A stretch of DNA of 64,000 nt from Maritimibacter sp. (GTDB taxonomy: Bacteria > Pseudomonadota > Alphaproteobacteria > Rhodobacterales > Rhodobacteraceae): NCBI GenBank assembly GCA_003520545.1, contig DOUP01000061.1:1577-65576 (forward strand). The letters run 5' to 3'. The notes beneath the pieces are model-generated. The model was given only the letters and a program-made list of their open reading frames with translations, made no database searches and had not been told where the DNA came from. Below, one piece after another: positions 30,654 through 40,379 of this stretch. The stretch's first letter is position 1. Every line of letters starts with the position of its first letter. Both the position numbers and the translations under genes were made by a program.

Positions 30654-31957
30654 CCAGTGACACTCTCCGGCATGGCCTGCGCGAAAACTCCGGTCAGGTC
30701 GTGCACCAGCTCATCCAGGTGATGCTGGTCGGCTTTGCCATCGGGATGACCCGAACCGTGGTGCCTGCCATGGCCGAAAGCGAGTTCGGCCTCGAGCGCG
30801 GCTCGTTCTTGCTGCTGGCTTCTTTCGTCGTGGCCTTCGGCGCGGTGAAGGCGGTGATGAACTTTGTCGCGGGCCGTTGGTCGGAACGCATCGGTCGCAA
30901 GCGCGTGCTGCTCTGGGGTTGGGTCGTGGCGCTGCCGATCCCCGTGATCATCTGGTGGGCACCTGATTGGAGCTGGATCGTCGCGGCCACCGTGTTGCTT
31001 GGCGTCAACCAAGGTCTGTGCTGGTCGATGACCCAGACGGCGAAGCTCGACATCACGCGCGCAGAGGAGCGGGGACTGACAATGGGGCTGAACGAATTCT
31101 CGGGCTACGTCGGCGTTGCCCTCGCCGGCATCCTCACCGCCTACGCCGCCGAGTGGCTGGGCGCGCGCACCGGGCTCCTTGTCTTCGGCATGGCGGTGAC
31201 CCTCATCGCGCTTGTTCTGACGGTGGTCTGGGTGAAGGACACTCTACCTTGGGCGAAGGCTGAGAGCGCCGCCCACAAAGCCACGCCGCCGAAGAACCCG
31301 CCTCGATATCCCCAGGGCGTCCCGGAACATCCTACGACGAGCGAGGTGTTCGCGTTGATGAGTTGGCGCGACAAGCGCCTCTTCGCGATCAGCCAAGCGG
31401 GGCTGGTCGAGAAATTCGTGGACGCCCTGGTCTGGGCGCTGTTCCCAGCCTTTCTCGTCACCCAAGGCGCCAGTCTGACCGAAATCGGCTGGATCGTCGG
31501 CGTCTACGGCTTCGTCTGGGGCGGCTCACAGCTCTTCACCGGGCGCCTTTCGGACCATGTAGGCCGGTTCTGGCCCAACGTGCTTGGCATGTGGATCAGC
31601 GGCGCCGGCGTGGCCATGGTGATCATGGGCGCAGGCACGCTCTGGTGGTCCATATCGGCAGGCGTGGCAGGCTTCGGAATGGCGCTCCTTTATCCCAACC
31701 TTTCTGCGGCCGTGGCCGACATCACGCCGCCAGCCTGGCGCGGCTCGGCCATCGGGATTTACCGGTTCTGGCGCGACCTCGGCTATGCCATCGGCGCGCT
31801 CGGTCTTGGCCTTGCGGCCAGCCTGACCGGGGCGGCCGAGGCAGCCTTTTGGTTCGTCGCCATCTCGATGTTCATATCCGGCGCCTTGTTGTTCTGGCTC
31901 TCGGAGGAAACGCACCCACGCCTGAACCCGGCCAATCCGGAGACATCTGATGCTTGA
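30650..31957 (+). CDS. MFS transporter
   Basis: 12 TM segments, SERIGRKRV, GLNEFSGY, GIYRFWRDLGYA. Confidence 0.9.
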   Translation: MTSDTLRHGLRENSGQVVHQLIQVMLVGFAIGMTRTVVPAMAESEFGLERGSFLLLASFVVAFGAVKAVMNFVAGRWSERIGRKRVLLWGWVVALPIPVIIWWAPDWSWIVAATVLLGVNQGLCWSMTQTAKLDITRAEERGLTMGLNEFSGYVGVALAGILTAYAAEWLGARTGLLVFGMAVTLIALVLTVVWVKDTLPWAKAESAAHKATPPKNPPRYPQGVPEHPTTSEVFALMSWRDKRLFAISQAGLVEKFVDALVWALFPAFLVTQGASLTEIGWIVGVYGFVWGGSQLFTGRLSDHVGRFWPNVLGMWISGAGVAMVIMGAGTLWWSISAGVAGFGMALLYPNLSAAVADITPPAWRGSAIGIYRFWRDLGYAIGALGLGLAASLTGAAEAAFWFVAISMFISGALLFWLSEETHPRLNPANPETSDA

Positions 31958-32669
31958 GTCGCTTGCCCGCCGCCTCGGCCTCATTTCCGTTCTTCTCGGG
32001 ATCCTATCAATCGCGCTTCTTGCTGTGTCGGTCTGGGGATTCCGGTCGGGCGGCTGGCCCTGGACAAGAGCCTATGATGTCGTCGGCTGGGGTGCTTGGG
32101 TGGCGGGAGCTGGCGTCCTGGTCTCACTGGTCGGCCTGTTCGTATGGTATCGGCGTCGGCAGGATGGTGTCGCACTTGTCATGCTGGGGCTCATCTTGTC
32201 GCTGCCGGTCGCAGGTATGAGCGCCGCCTTCGAGATCGCCGCACGCACCACGCCGCCCATCAACGACATCTCCACCGACACTGAAGATCCGCCCGTGTTC
32301 TGGTTCACCGCCACGCCAACTGAATACCCTGCGCGGAACACCGAGCCACAGCGTGCAGCCTACCCGGAGGTCCGGCCATTGGATGTGACCATCCCTGTTG
32401 ATGCAGCCTTTGTGGCAGCGCTCGCCCTCGTGGAGGAGCGCGGCTGGGAGGTGCTCTCGGCCGATCCCACTGAGAGCCAGATCGAGGCCATCGCCAAGAG
32501 TCGCCTGTTTGGCTTCGAGGACGAAGTGGCGATCCGCGTCACCGAGACGGACAACGGCGCCCGCATCGACATGCGCTCGCGGTCCCGCCTCGGCCAGATC
32601 GACCGCGGCGCCAACGCCCGGCGCATCGAAGCTTTCCTTTCAGATATCGAAACGCGCGCCCAAGACTGA
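31950..32669 (+). CDS. DUF1499-domain membrane protein
   Basis: 3 TM segments then PPINDISTD, FGFEDEVAIRV, DMRSRSRLG..DRGANARRI. Confidence 0.88.
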   Translation: MLESLARRLGLISVLLGILSIALLAVSVWGFRSGGWPWTRAYDVVGWGAWVAGAGVLVSLVGLFVWYRRRQDGVALVMLGLILSLPVAGMSAAFEIAARTTPPINDISTDTEDPPVFWFTATPTEYPARNTEPQRAAYPEVRPLDVTIPVDAAFVAALALVEERGWEVLSADPTESQIEAIAKSRLFGFEDEVAIRVTETDNGARIDMRSRSRLGQIDRGANARRIEAFLSDIETRAQD

Positions 32670-32678
32670 GGACCGACC

Positions 32679-33032
32679 ATGAAACACCTGATCCTTCTGA
32701 ACGACCCACCCTATGGAACCGAGCGCAGTTTCAACGGCCTGCGCATGGCCCATTCGCTGGCCAAGAATGATCCTGAAGCGGACATCACCGTCTTCCTGAT
32801 GGCCGACGCGGTGCTCTGCGCCAAGGCCGGGCAAAAGACACCGGATGGCTACTACAATCTCGAACGCATGATCCGCCGGGTTCTCAACGCGAAGGGGCGT
32901 GTCCTGATGTGTGGCACCTGCATGGATGCGCGTGGCTTGGCTGAGGGCGACATGATGGAGGGGCCGAGCCGCTCCACCATGGACGAACTCGCGCAGGCCA
33001 CGCTCGCCGCCGACAAGGTCCTAGTGTTCTGA
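32679..33032 (+). CDS. DsrE/YchN-family sulfur-relay protein
   Basis: PPYGTERSFNGLR, FLMADAV.CAK.GQKTP.GYYN, CGTCMDARG. Confidence 0.92.
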   Translation: MKHLILLNDPPYGTERSFNGLRMAHSLAKNDPEADITVFLMADAVLCAKAGQKTPDGYYNLERMIRRVLNAKGRVLMCGTCMDARGLAEGDMMEGPSRSTMDELAQATLAADKVLVF

Positions 33033-33328
33033 TGGCAGAGATGCTCACACTCGCGGCTCTCGCGGCCCATCCGGAGCGCTTCCACCTTATCGACGTGCGC
33101 GACGCGGAAGACTACGCCGCCGCTCACGTTACGGGTGCCGTGCACATTCCGCTTGCTGATCTTGAAGCACGGAGGGTCGACATCCCGCCCGGCAAGACGC
33201 CCGTGACGATCTGTGGCAAAGGTGGCGGTCGGTCCGCCGAAGGAGCAGGCATGCTTCGCAAACACGATCACCCGGACGCCTTGTGGCTGGAAGGTGGCAC
33301 GACCGGCTGGCTCGCACAGAACCCTTGA
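33032..33328 (+). CDS. Single-domain rhodanese
   Basis: IDVRD..DY...HVTGA.HIP, CGKGGGRS, LEGGT.GW. Confidence 0.9.
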   Translation: MAEMLTLAALAAHPERFHLIDVRDAEDYAAAHVTGAVHIPLADLEARRVDIPPGKTPVTICGKGGGRSAEGAGMLRKHDHPDALWLEGGTTGWLAQNP

Positions 33329-33358
33329 ATGATCAAAAACCGGATGGAGGACCCCCGG

Positions 33359-33784
33359 ATGACCCCTAGACACCTTTTGGCTGCGATAAGCTTCGCGATT
33401 GCAACACACGCAGTGCCCGCATCAGCTCAGGACGCGGCCATCGACGCCATGCAAGAATACATGATGTTCTCGGAATACGAGGCCGGTATCATCCTGCCAC
33501 AGCAGATCGACAGTGACGTCTTCGAGACCGCGCTCTTCGTCGACACGCGCGACGCTGGCCAGTTCGAGGAAGGCACGATCCCAGGCGCCGTCAATATCGA
33601 GTGGCGCGAAGTACTCGACCGCATCGACGACATCCCAGAGGATCGCATGACCATCCTGTTCTGCAACACCGGCAGTCTCTCGGCGCAGGCCGCCTTCGCG
33701 CTGCGAGTAGCGGGGCGTTCGAACGTCGTCGTCATGCAGACCGGCTTCACAGGCTGGCAGCAGGACGCGGCCTGGAAGCCTTGA
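33359..33784 (+). CDS. Exported rhodanese-like protein
   Basis: Signal peptide ending ASA; VDTRD, GTIPGA.NI, FCNTGSLS; GGAGG RBS. Confidence 0.88.
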   Translation: MTPRHLLAAISFAIATHAVPASAQDAAIDAMQEYMMFSEYEAGIILPQQIDSDVFETALFVDTRDAGQFEEGTIPGAVNIEWREVLDRIDDIPEDRMTILFCNTGSLSAQAAFALRVAGRSNVVVMQTGFTGWQQDAAWKP

Positions 33785-34132
33785 GGCGCCATCGGGGGAC
33801 TACGGCCAGCGAAGCCCACACGGAGGTGTTCGTCTCACTTGGCGGCCAACGGCGTCGCACAGCAAATCTCGCATCTGATCGATCACGGGGACTGGCTTCC
33901 ATTCCTTCGAAAGGATCGCACCATCAAACCGTGGGATCAAACATCTAATGACATGTTCCAAACTCTGAAAACGGACCGGCGGCATGACCTTCTCTTCCCA
34001 AAAGGGGCGTCTCGATCCGACGAAGCGTGAAAGCCAATGGACGTCGGCTCACTCCAGCGCGGAAATCGGGGCGGGTCGTCGGCGAGTGATGACACCTGCC
34101 GAACCGTGGCTGACCGACTGTGAGCCTTGGCT

Positions 34133-34774
34133 TCAGACGGTCATGTACCGGAGAATGGATGTAACGATCTCTTCCCGCATCTTTTCCTGCCCCTCTTCGG
34201 TGAAAAGCTCGGGGCCGAACTTGGTCGAGTAGCTCGGGCGGTTCGACACGTTGTAAAAGGCCTGCGCCTGAATCTGCCAATGCAGGAACATCGGGTCGAT
34301 GCCCATTCGAAACACGCCTTGCTCCTGCCCTCGTTCCAATATCCGTCTGAGTCGGCGCATGGCGGTCAGGTTCAGGTCGCGGATGAAGTCGGACTTCTTG
34401 AGGTATTCGGCGTGTTGCACGTTTTCGCACAACACCATGCGTATCAAATCCGAATGGTTGCGGTGGTGATCGAAGAAGAACCGCACGAGGCTCGCGATCG
34501 CTTCATCAACGGGCATTCCGTCAATGTCGATATCTATTTCACTGGCACGCATCTGGGCATAGGCGGCCTCAAGCGCCGCGATGTAGAGGCCTTCCTTGTC
34601 TCCGAAGTAGTAGTAGATCATGCGCTTCGAGGTCTTCGTCTTTTCGGCGATCTCATCGATTCGCGCACCTGCAAGACCCCGGTCCGCGAACTCGGACATC
34701 GCGACCGTCAGAATGTCGTGCTTTACGCCTTCTGCGTCCTGTTTCCAGGTTTTACGCAGCTTTTCATCTTTCAT
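34133..34774 (-). CDS. TetR-family transcriptional regulator
   Basis: EFADRGLAGARIDEIAEKTKTSKRMIYYYFGDKEGLY. Confidence 0.95.
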   Translation of the reverse strand: MKDEKLRKTWKQDAEGVKHDILTVAMSEFADRGLAGARIDEIAEKTKTSKRMIYYYFGDKEGLYIAALEAAYAQMRASEIDIDIDGMPVDEAIASLVRFFFDHHRNHSDLIRMVLCENVQHAEYLKKSDFIRDLNLTAMRRLRRILERGQEQGVFRMGIDPMFLHWQIQAQAFYNVSNRPSYSTKFGPELFTEEGQEKMREEIVTSILRYMTV

Positions 34775-34938
34775 TTTTCCACGTCCCGCTCACCAAATCA
34801 TTCTGCCCCCTGCGGTCAAAATGGGGCCGATATCTTGTGTCTGCAAGTCAGTTTTTCCTTACCCTAAAAAATTATTTATTACGATCAATAACTTAACATG
34901 GTCACTTTCACGATACGTGAATGGGACAGATGTCTTTA

Positions 34939-34953
34939 TTAACAAAGGGTTAA
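34939..34953. promoter_or_regulatory. CtrA-type binding site TTAA-N7-TTAA
   Basis: TTAACAAAGGGTTAA about 80 nt upstream of the DUF2793 gene. Confidence 0.7.
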
Positions 34954-35034
34954 TGTCTCCGAGCGGTACAATAAGGTTTTTCGGGAGCCTCGAAGGATAA
35001 GTGTCAGAAAAGCCACTAACCGTGAGGACGCTCC

Positions 35035-36018
35035 ATGTCGCAGGCATCGCCCCGGCTCAATCTCCCGTTTCTGCAGCCAGCACAGGCCCAAAAACACGTC
35101 ACCCATAACGAAGCGCTCAAGCTGCTCGACGCGCTTGTTCATTTGACCGTCACCTCCTTTGGCGCGACCACGCCACCCGGTAATCCGCAGGACGGCGATT
35201 GTTACGCGCTTGGCCCTTCGGCAACCGGCGGCTGGGCCGGCGAAGACGGCAAGATCGCCTATTGGCTCGATAGCGGCTGGCAATTCCTCGCCCCGCAGAG
35301 CGGTTGGCTTGCCGTCGAAATCGGCACGACCGAAGTCATGGTCCATGATGGTACAGATTGGGTGCCGGCCTCGGCAACGATGGATCTCGACAATCTCGCA
35401 GGCGTCGGGGTCAACACCACCGCCGACCCGACGAACCGCCTGTCAATCAGCGCCCCCGCGACCCTCCTCAACCACGAGGGCGCAGGCCATCAATTGAAAA
35501 TCAACAAGGCCAGCTCGGGCGACACCGCGTCGCTCCTGTTCCAAACGAACTGGTCCGGTCGCGCCGAGATGGGGCTCGCCGGGAATGACGCGTTTTCGAT
35601 CAAGGTCAGCGCGGATGGCACGTCTTGGGACGAAGTGTTGTCGATCGGCGCGGGCGCAGGCGTCGTCACGACCGATACGATGGTCGGCACGGTCGCTGCC
35701 AGCCCGGGCCCGGGCAACGCGGTGATCGAAACCGGATCGGGTGCGAACGGCAGCTACACCAAGTTCGCCGATGGCACGTTGATCTGCCGGCTCGACAGCT
35801 TCGCCACGGCAAATGCCGCCACCACGACATGGACCCTGCCGGAGAGCTTCGTCTCCACATCCTATTGCGTCACCGCCACGGTGCTCGGGTCCACGCCAGC
35901 CGTCGCGACGGTCTCATCCAAAACACTGGGATCGGTCGACATCGAGAGCTTTGACCTTACCGGATCAGATGCCGCTACTCCCGACGTCTCCGTCATCGCG
36001 ATCGGCCGCTGGGTCTGA
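35035..36018 (+). CDS. DUF2793-domain protein (gene-transfer-agent/phage tail-fibre-like)
   Basis: LPFLQPAQAQKHVTHNEAL..LD, GHQLKINKA...DTASLLFQTNWSGRAEMGLAG; C-terminal NGSYTKFADGTLIC tail-fibre-type motif. Confidence 0.88.
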   Translation: MSQASPRLNLPFLQPAQAQKHVTHNEALKLLDALVHLTVTSFGATTPPGNPQDGDCYALGPSATGGWAGEDGKIAYWLDSGWQFLAPQSGWLAVEIGTTEVMVHDGTDWVPASATMDLDNLAGVGVNTTADPTNRLSISAPATLLNHEGAGHQLKINKASSGDTASLLFQTNWSGRAEMGLAGNDAFSIKVSADGTSWDEVLSIGAGAGVVTTDTMVGTVAASPGPGNAVIETGSGANGSYTKFADGTLICRLDSFATANAATTTWTLPESFVSTSYCVTATVLGSTPAVATVSSKTLGSVDIESFDLTGSDAATPDVSVIAIGRWV

Positions 36019-36110
36019 CCAATCTGCCACGGCTGCGCGAAATCCTCGCGCAGCCCTCTGTGCGGAAAGAGTAAAGCCGTGTAAGTCAGCCCAAACAAAG
36101 GGCGAAACCC

Positions 36111-36548
36111 ATGGCGAAGACGATCCATATCCTGAACGGTCCCAACCTGAACCTCCTGGGGAAACGGCAGCCGGAAATCTACGGCGCGGACACGCTTGCG
36201 GACGTGGAAACCGCCTGCGCCGCGCTGGGGCGCGACCTCGGACTTGGCACGGAGCTCTTCCAGTCGAACCATGAGGGAGAGATCGTCGAGATGGTGCACC
36301 GCGCCCGCGATACCGCGGACGGCATCATCATCAACCCTGCTGCCTACACCCACACCTCTGTCGCGATCCTTGATGCGCTCAACACCTTCGAAGGCCCGGT
36401 GATCGAGGTCCATATCTCGAACGTCCACAAACGCGAAGCCTTCCGACATCATTCCTATGTTTCGTTGCGTGCCGATGGCGTGATCGCCGGTCTGGGCGTC
36501 GAGGGATATGAACTCGCCCTCCGGCGCATGGCGACACTCCTCGCATGA
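36111..36548 (+). CDS. aroQ: Type II 3-dehydroquinate dehydratase
   Basis: [51 protein letters not shown]. Confidence 0.98.
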   Translation: MAKTIHILNGPNLNLLGKRQPEIYGADTLADVETACAALGRDLGLGTELFQSNHEGEIVEMVHRARDTADGIIINPAAYTHTSVAILDALNTFEGPVIEVHISNVHKREAFRHHSYVSLRADGVIAGLGVEGYELALRRMATLLA

Positions 36549-37360
36549 CCGACCGTTACGCCGTGTTCGGCAACCCGCTGAGCCACACCAAGTCGCCTTT
36601 CATTCATACCGCGTTTGCCCGCCAATTCGGCGACGATATGTCCTATACGGCGATCGAAGCCCCGCGCGACGGGTTCGCGGACAGCGTGCATCGCTTCATC
36701 GGAGAGGGCGGACGTGGAATCAACGTTACCGTTCCGTTCAAGATCGAGGCCTTCGCGCTCGCCACGGAGGCCCGAGACGCCGCAGCGATCTGTGGGGCCT
36801 CCAACTGCCTGAAATTCGAAGACGGAAAGATCATCGCGGAAAACTTCGATGGGGTCGGTCTTGTCCGCGACATCTCTGAAAACCTCGGCCACGACCTGAC
36901 CGGAAAGCGTATCCTGTTCGCAGGCGCAGGTGGCGCAACGCGCGGTGCGGTGGCTCCATTCCTCGCGGCAGGCGTCCACAGCGTCACCATCGCCAACCGC
37001 ACCGTGGCAAAAGCAGACGCAATCCGCGGTCTGCTCTCGGACCGAGGCACGATCCACACAACCAGTTACGACGCAGCCTCCGGTTCGTTCGACATCGTCC
37101 TGAACTCCACAACAACCAGCCTGACGGGCAACAAGCCCCCGCTTCCGCCTTCGGTCTTCGACGGTGCGGCACTGGCCTATGACCTCGTCTACGGCAAAGG
37201 CCTGACCCCGTTCCTTGCGGATGCGAAAGCGCAAGGTGCGGAGGTTGCCGATGGCGTCGGGATGCTGGTGGAGCAAGCGGCAGAGGCATATCTTTGGTGG
37301 CGCGGGCAAAGGCCGGACACCGCGCAAGTCATCGAAGAGATGACCATCCCCCTCACCTGA
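36545..37360 (+). CDS. aroE: Shikimate dehydrogenase
   Basis: [40 protein letters not shown]. Confidence 0.95.
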   Translation: MTDRYAVFGNPLSHTKSPFIHTAFARQFGDDMSYTAIEAPRDGFADSVHRFIGEGGRGINVTVPFKIEAFALATEARDAAAICGASNCLKFEDGKIIAENFDGVGLVRDISENLGHDLTGKRILFAGAGGATRGAVAPFLAAGVHSVTIANRTVAKADAIRGLLSDRGTIHTTSYDAASGSFDIVLNSTTTSLTGNKPPLPPSVFDGAALAYDLVYGKGLTPFLADAKAQGAEVADGVGMLVEQAAEAYLWWRGQRPDTAQVIEEMTIPLT

Positions 37361-37377
37361 TCCTTTCTCTGGTTTGA

Positions 37378-37440
37378 AAATACCTCGGGGAGGAGCCTGT
37401 TCTTTGCCCGCAAAGAACAGGCGGAGGGGCAGCGCCCCTC
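37378..37440. repeat. REP-like intergenic palindromic element, copy 2
   Basis: AAATACCTCGGGG + hairpin GCCTGTTCTTTGC/GCAAAGAACAGGC + GGGGCAGCGCCCC. Confidence 0.75.
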
Positions 37441-37471
37441 GCCACCGCGACGGGGCGAAGCCCCGGCGCAA

Positions 37472-38212
37472 TCAAACAAGCCCTTTGAAAAACCCATGAA
37501 ACCACGAGATCGGCAGGTGCTGCCCGACCGTAAACATCCATGAAAACGGACGCGGGAAGCTGTAGGAAAACCTGCGCTTGTCGATCGCCCGCATCACGTG
37601 ATCGGCGGCTTCCTCAGGCTGCATGAGCTGGGGCATCTTGAATTCGTTCTTCTCGGTCAGCCGCGTCTCGATGAACCCGGGGTTCATGCGCTGGACCAGG
37701 ATATCGGTCTTCGACAGGTCGATCCGAAGGTTCTCGGCCGTGTGCATCACTGCGGCTTTGGACAGGCCGTATCCCACCGCACCCGGCAAACCTCGGAAGC
37801 CCGATAGCGAGCCGATCAGCGCGATATGGCCGGTGTTCTTCTCCACGAACCGCGGCACGACTTCGCCCAGCACGTTCAGGCAGCCGGTTATGTTTGTCGC
37901 GACCATCAGGCGCGCGGCGTCGCCGTCCCACTCGGTGGATTTCATCGGCTCATAGGCTCCGACCGAATACACGAATCCATCGAAATCACCGGCCTCTTTG
38001 GCTGCATTAGAGACTGATTCCGGATCTGTCACATCCACCGGCACGACACGTGCGTCGCGACACTCGGCGGCAAGATCCTTCAGCCGATCCTCGCTCCGTG
38101 CCGACAGAACGAGCGACGCACCGCGCGCGTCCAATGATTTGGCGAGCGCACGACCCAGCCCTTCGGAAGCGCCGACGAGCCAGTATTTCTTTGCAGGAAG
38201 GTCTTTTGTCAT
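37472..38212 (-). CDS. SDR-family oxidoreductase (RpoE-regulon type)
   Basis: VGASEGLG, YGLSK; last gene of the operon divergent from rpoE. Confidence 0.92.
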   Translation of the reverse strand: MTKDLPAKKYWLVGASEGLGRALAKSLDARGASLVLSARSEDRLKDLAAECRDARVVPVDVTDPESVSNAAKEAGDFDGFVYSVGAYEPMKSTEWDGDAARLMVATNITGCLNVLGEVVPRFVEKNTGHIALIGSLSGFRGLPGAVGYGLSKAAVMHTAENLRIDLSKTDILVQRMNPGFIETRLTEKNEFKMPQLMQPEEAADHVMRAIDKRRFSYSFPRPFSWMFTVGQHLPISWFHGFFKGLV

Positions 38213-38245
38213 GGAGAGCTAACGTCGGGGTCCAGCCCCGGTTCC

Positions 38246-38998
38246 CTAGGTGACTTCTTCGGTGGGGGGTTCAGGGCGTTTGCGGAACGCCGCGCCCTTT
38301 GCTTTCAGTTTTGCGGCCTGCCAGATGATGAGCGCCATCACCCGCAGTGCCCCGGTCGGGCGCCGGACCGCGGCCCCCAGGAACCCGCGATAGCGAAGCG
38401 GCTTGAGCGGACCAGTCAGCGTTGCGACCAGCCCCTTGTTGCCGTCGACGAGGTCGATGGTGATCCCGATCTTGTCCTCGGTCACGTTGAACCGGAAGCG
38501 GTAATCGCCCGAGATTTCCTGGAACGGCGAGACGTGGAACACCTTTCGCGAGGTCAGCACATCACCCACCCCAATCGGTGCAAACCCGTCCTTGGCACAG
38601 AGGTAGGAATGCCTGTCGCCCATGGTGTTGTTCACTTCGGCAATCACGGCCACCAGATCGTCACCCTTCATCGCGAACCAGAAGGCGACCGGGTTGAACC
38701 AGAACCCCAGGAAACGCGGCTGGGCAAGAAGCAGGACCTTCACACCGGCCAGCGACAGGCCGGCATTGGCAAAGACGCGTTGCGCCCAGGCCACGCCCTC
38801 GCCATCCCCACGCGGGCCACCGTGATCTGTATCGTGAAGCGAAAAGATGCCCCACGAATTGCGCGCGAACAGCGGCGGGAGGTCGGCGGTGTCGTTTGGG
38901 TCGATCAGAAGGTAGTCCACCCCGTAGGTGAACGCGTTCTTGATCGCACCCTTTCGCGCATGGGTTGTCGACCCGCGCATATGTCGATGTCCGTTCAT
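38246..38998 (-). CDS. DUF1365 protein (RSP_1090/UfaO-like)
   Basis: FNPVAFWF, AEVNNT.GDRHSY, KVFHVSPF. Confidence 0.92.
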   Translation of the reverse strand: MNGHRHMRGSTTHARKGAIKNAFTYGVDYLLIDPNDTADLPPLFARNSWGIFSLHDTDHGGPRGDGEGVAWAQRVFANAGLSLAGVKVLLLAQPRFLGFWFNPVAFWFAMKGDDLVAVIAEVNNTMGDRHSYLCAKDGFAPIGVGDVLTSRKVFHVSPFQEISGDYRFRFNVTEDKIGITIDLVDGNKGLVATLTGPLKPLRYRGFLGAAVRRPTGALRVMALIIWQAAKLKAKGAAFRKRPEPPTEEVT

Positions 38999-40287
38999 TC
39001 AGCCGCCACTGCCATGTTTGCCGCCTGGATACCATCCGCGACCGCGACGCCGGAGGAGAACCCATCCTCATGGAAGCCGTAGCGCGTATAGGCGCCTGCA
39101 TACCACGTTCCGTTCTGCCCCTGCATCTCGCGCAACTGGTTCTGGGCACGCAGGGCGGCCCGATCGAAGACCGGGTGGCGGAAGTTGGCCTGGTCGTAGA
39201 TCGTCTCTTCGCGGACCGCCTGCGCCGGGTTCAGTGTGATGAAGAGCGGGTCGCTCTCGGGAATGTTCTGCAACCTGTTCATCCAGTAGCTGACCCCGAT
39301 CTGATCCCGGTCGTCACGGGTGTCGGCCTGGTAGTTCCACGACGACCAGCAGCGTTTGCGGTTCGGCATCTGGGTCCGGTCACAATGGAGGAAAACCGAA
39401 TTTTCCTGGTAATTGAGATTGCCCAGCGCGGCGCGTTCTTCCGCCGTGGGATTGGCCAATAGCCGCAGCGCGTCGTCAGAATGGGTCGCGAACACGACTT
39501 GGTCGAACACTTCACTTGGGCCGTTTTGGGCTTGAATAGTGACTTGTCCGGGGGTGCGCACCACCGACCGAACCGGCGTTCCCGCCCGCAGGGTCACACC
39601 CTTGGCGCGCAGGTTCTCGACCAGGCGGTTCACATACTGAACAGACCCGCCGTCGATGGTCATCCACTGATGTTGCTCCCATCCGAGAAGCGCGTGGTTG
39701 CGGAAGAAGTTGACGAGGCTTTTCGCCGGGAACCCCCGGATTTCGGCGGTGGACGTCGACCAGATCGCCCCGCACATCGGCATCAGGTAGTAACGCTGAA
39801 ACCATTCGCCCAGCTCCATGACCTCGACCAGATCGGCGATGGTCATGTCGTCGGACGACGCAAAGCCTTCCACGTCGCGGTTGAACCGGGTCAGATCGCG
39901 GATCATCTGGATGAACCTGGGCCGCGCGACGTTGCGGCGCTGACCGAAGATCGAATTGATCGACTGAAGCGAATACTCCATCGCCCCACCGTCCACGGTG
40001 GCGCCAAAACTCATGTCGGATTTCGCAACCGGCACGTCCAGGGCATCGAGCATCCGGGTGAAATGCGGGTAGGTTTCGTAGTTGAACACGATGAAGCCGG
40101 TATCCACAGGCTGATCCCCGTTCCTGCCTGCCATCACGGTGCGCGCATGGCCACCCAAACGCGTCTCCGCCTCGTACAGCGTAACGTCATGGGTCGCACC
40201 CAGATGATATGCGGCGGCCAGTCCGGACACACCTCCGCCGATCACGGCAATGCGTTGTTGTCTTTGAAGGGGGGCGTCGAACGACAT
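38995..40287 (-). CDS. FAD-dependent oxidoreductase (RSP_1091/UfaD-like)
   Basis: IGGGVSG, RLGGHART, VDTGFIVFN..TYP, GFHEDG. Confidence 0.92.
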   Translation of the reverse strand: MSFDAPLQRQQRIAVIGGGVSGLAAAYHLGATHDVTLYEAETRLGGHARTVMAGRNGDQPVDTGFIVFNYETYPHFTRMLDALDVPVAKSDMSFGATVDGGAMEYSLQSINSIFGQRRNVARPRFIQMIRDLTRFNRDVEGFASSDDMTIADLVEVMELGEWFQRYYLMPMCGAIWSTSTAEIRGFPAKSLVNFFRNHALLGWEQHQWMTIDGGSVQYVNRLVENLRAKGVTLRAGTPVRSVVRTPGQVTIQAQNGPSEVFDQVVFATHSDDALRLLANPTAEERAALGNLNYQENSVFLHCDRTQMPNRKRCWSSWNYQADTRDDRDQIGVSYWMNRLQNIPESDPLFITLNPAQAVREETIYDQANFRHPVFDRAALRAQNQLREMQGQNGTWYAGAYTRYGFHEDGFSSGVAVADGIQAANMAVAAE

Positions 40288-40315
40288 TCTCTATCCTCGT
40301 TGTATTTTCACTACT

Positions 40316-40371
40316 TACGGATCGAGGGAAGATACGGATCAAATGTGATCCAGGTTTCACAATCCGGCGTA
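40316..40371. promoter_or_regulatory. Back-to-back RpoE-type promoters
   Basis: Minus strand TGATCC-N16-CGTA (40341-40316); plus strand TGATCC-N16-CGTA (40346-40371). Confidence 0.85.
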
Positions 40372-40379
40372 GACCGACT

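Larger units (their letters stand above)
18827..34130. mobile_element. Decayed genomic island integrated at tRNA-Pro (right boundary approximate)
   Basis: Integrase remnant adjacent to the tRNA 3' end, several pseudogene fragments, two self-contained cargo modules; no attR duplicate seen. Confidence 0.7.

Noticed and set aside
33785..34132. Search for an attR copy of the tRNA-Pro 3' end, and the short ORF 33839-34030
   Set aside because: No CTCGCTCCGACCA-like duplicate found by eye, and the ORF has no recognisable motif; the island boundary stays approximate.
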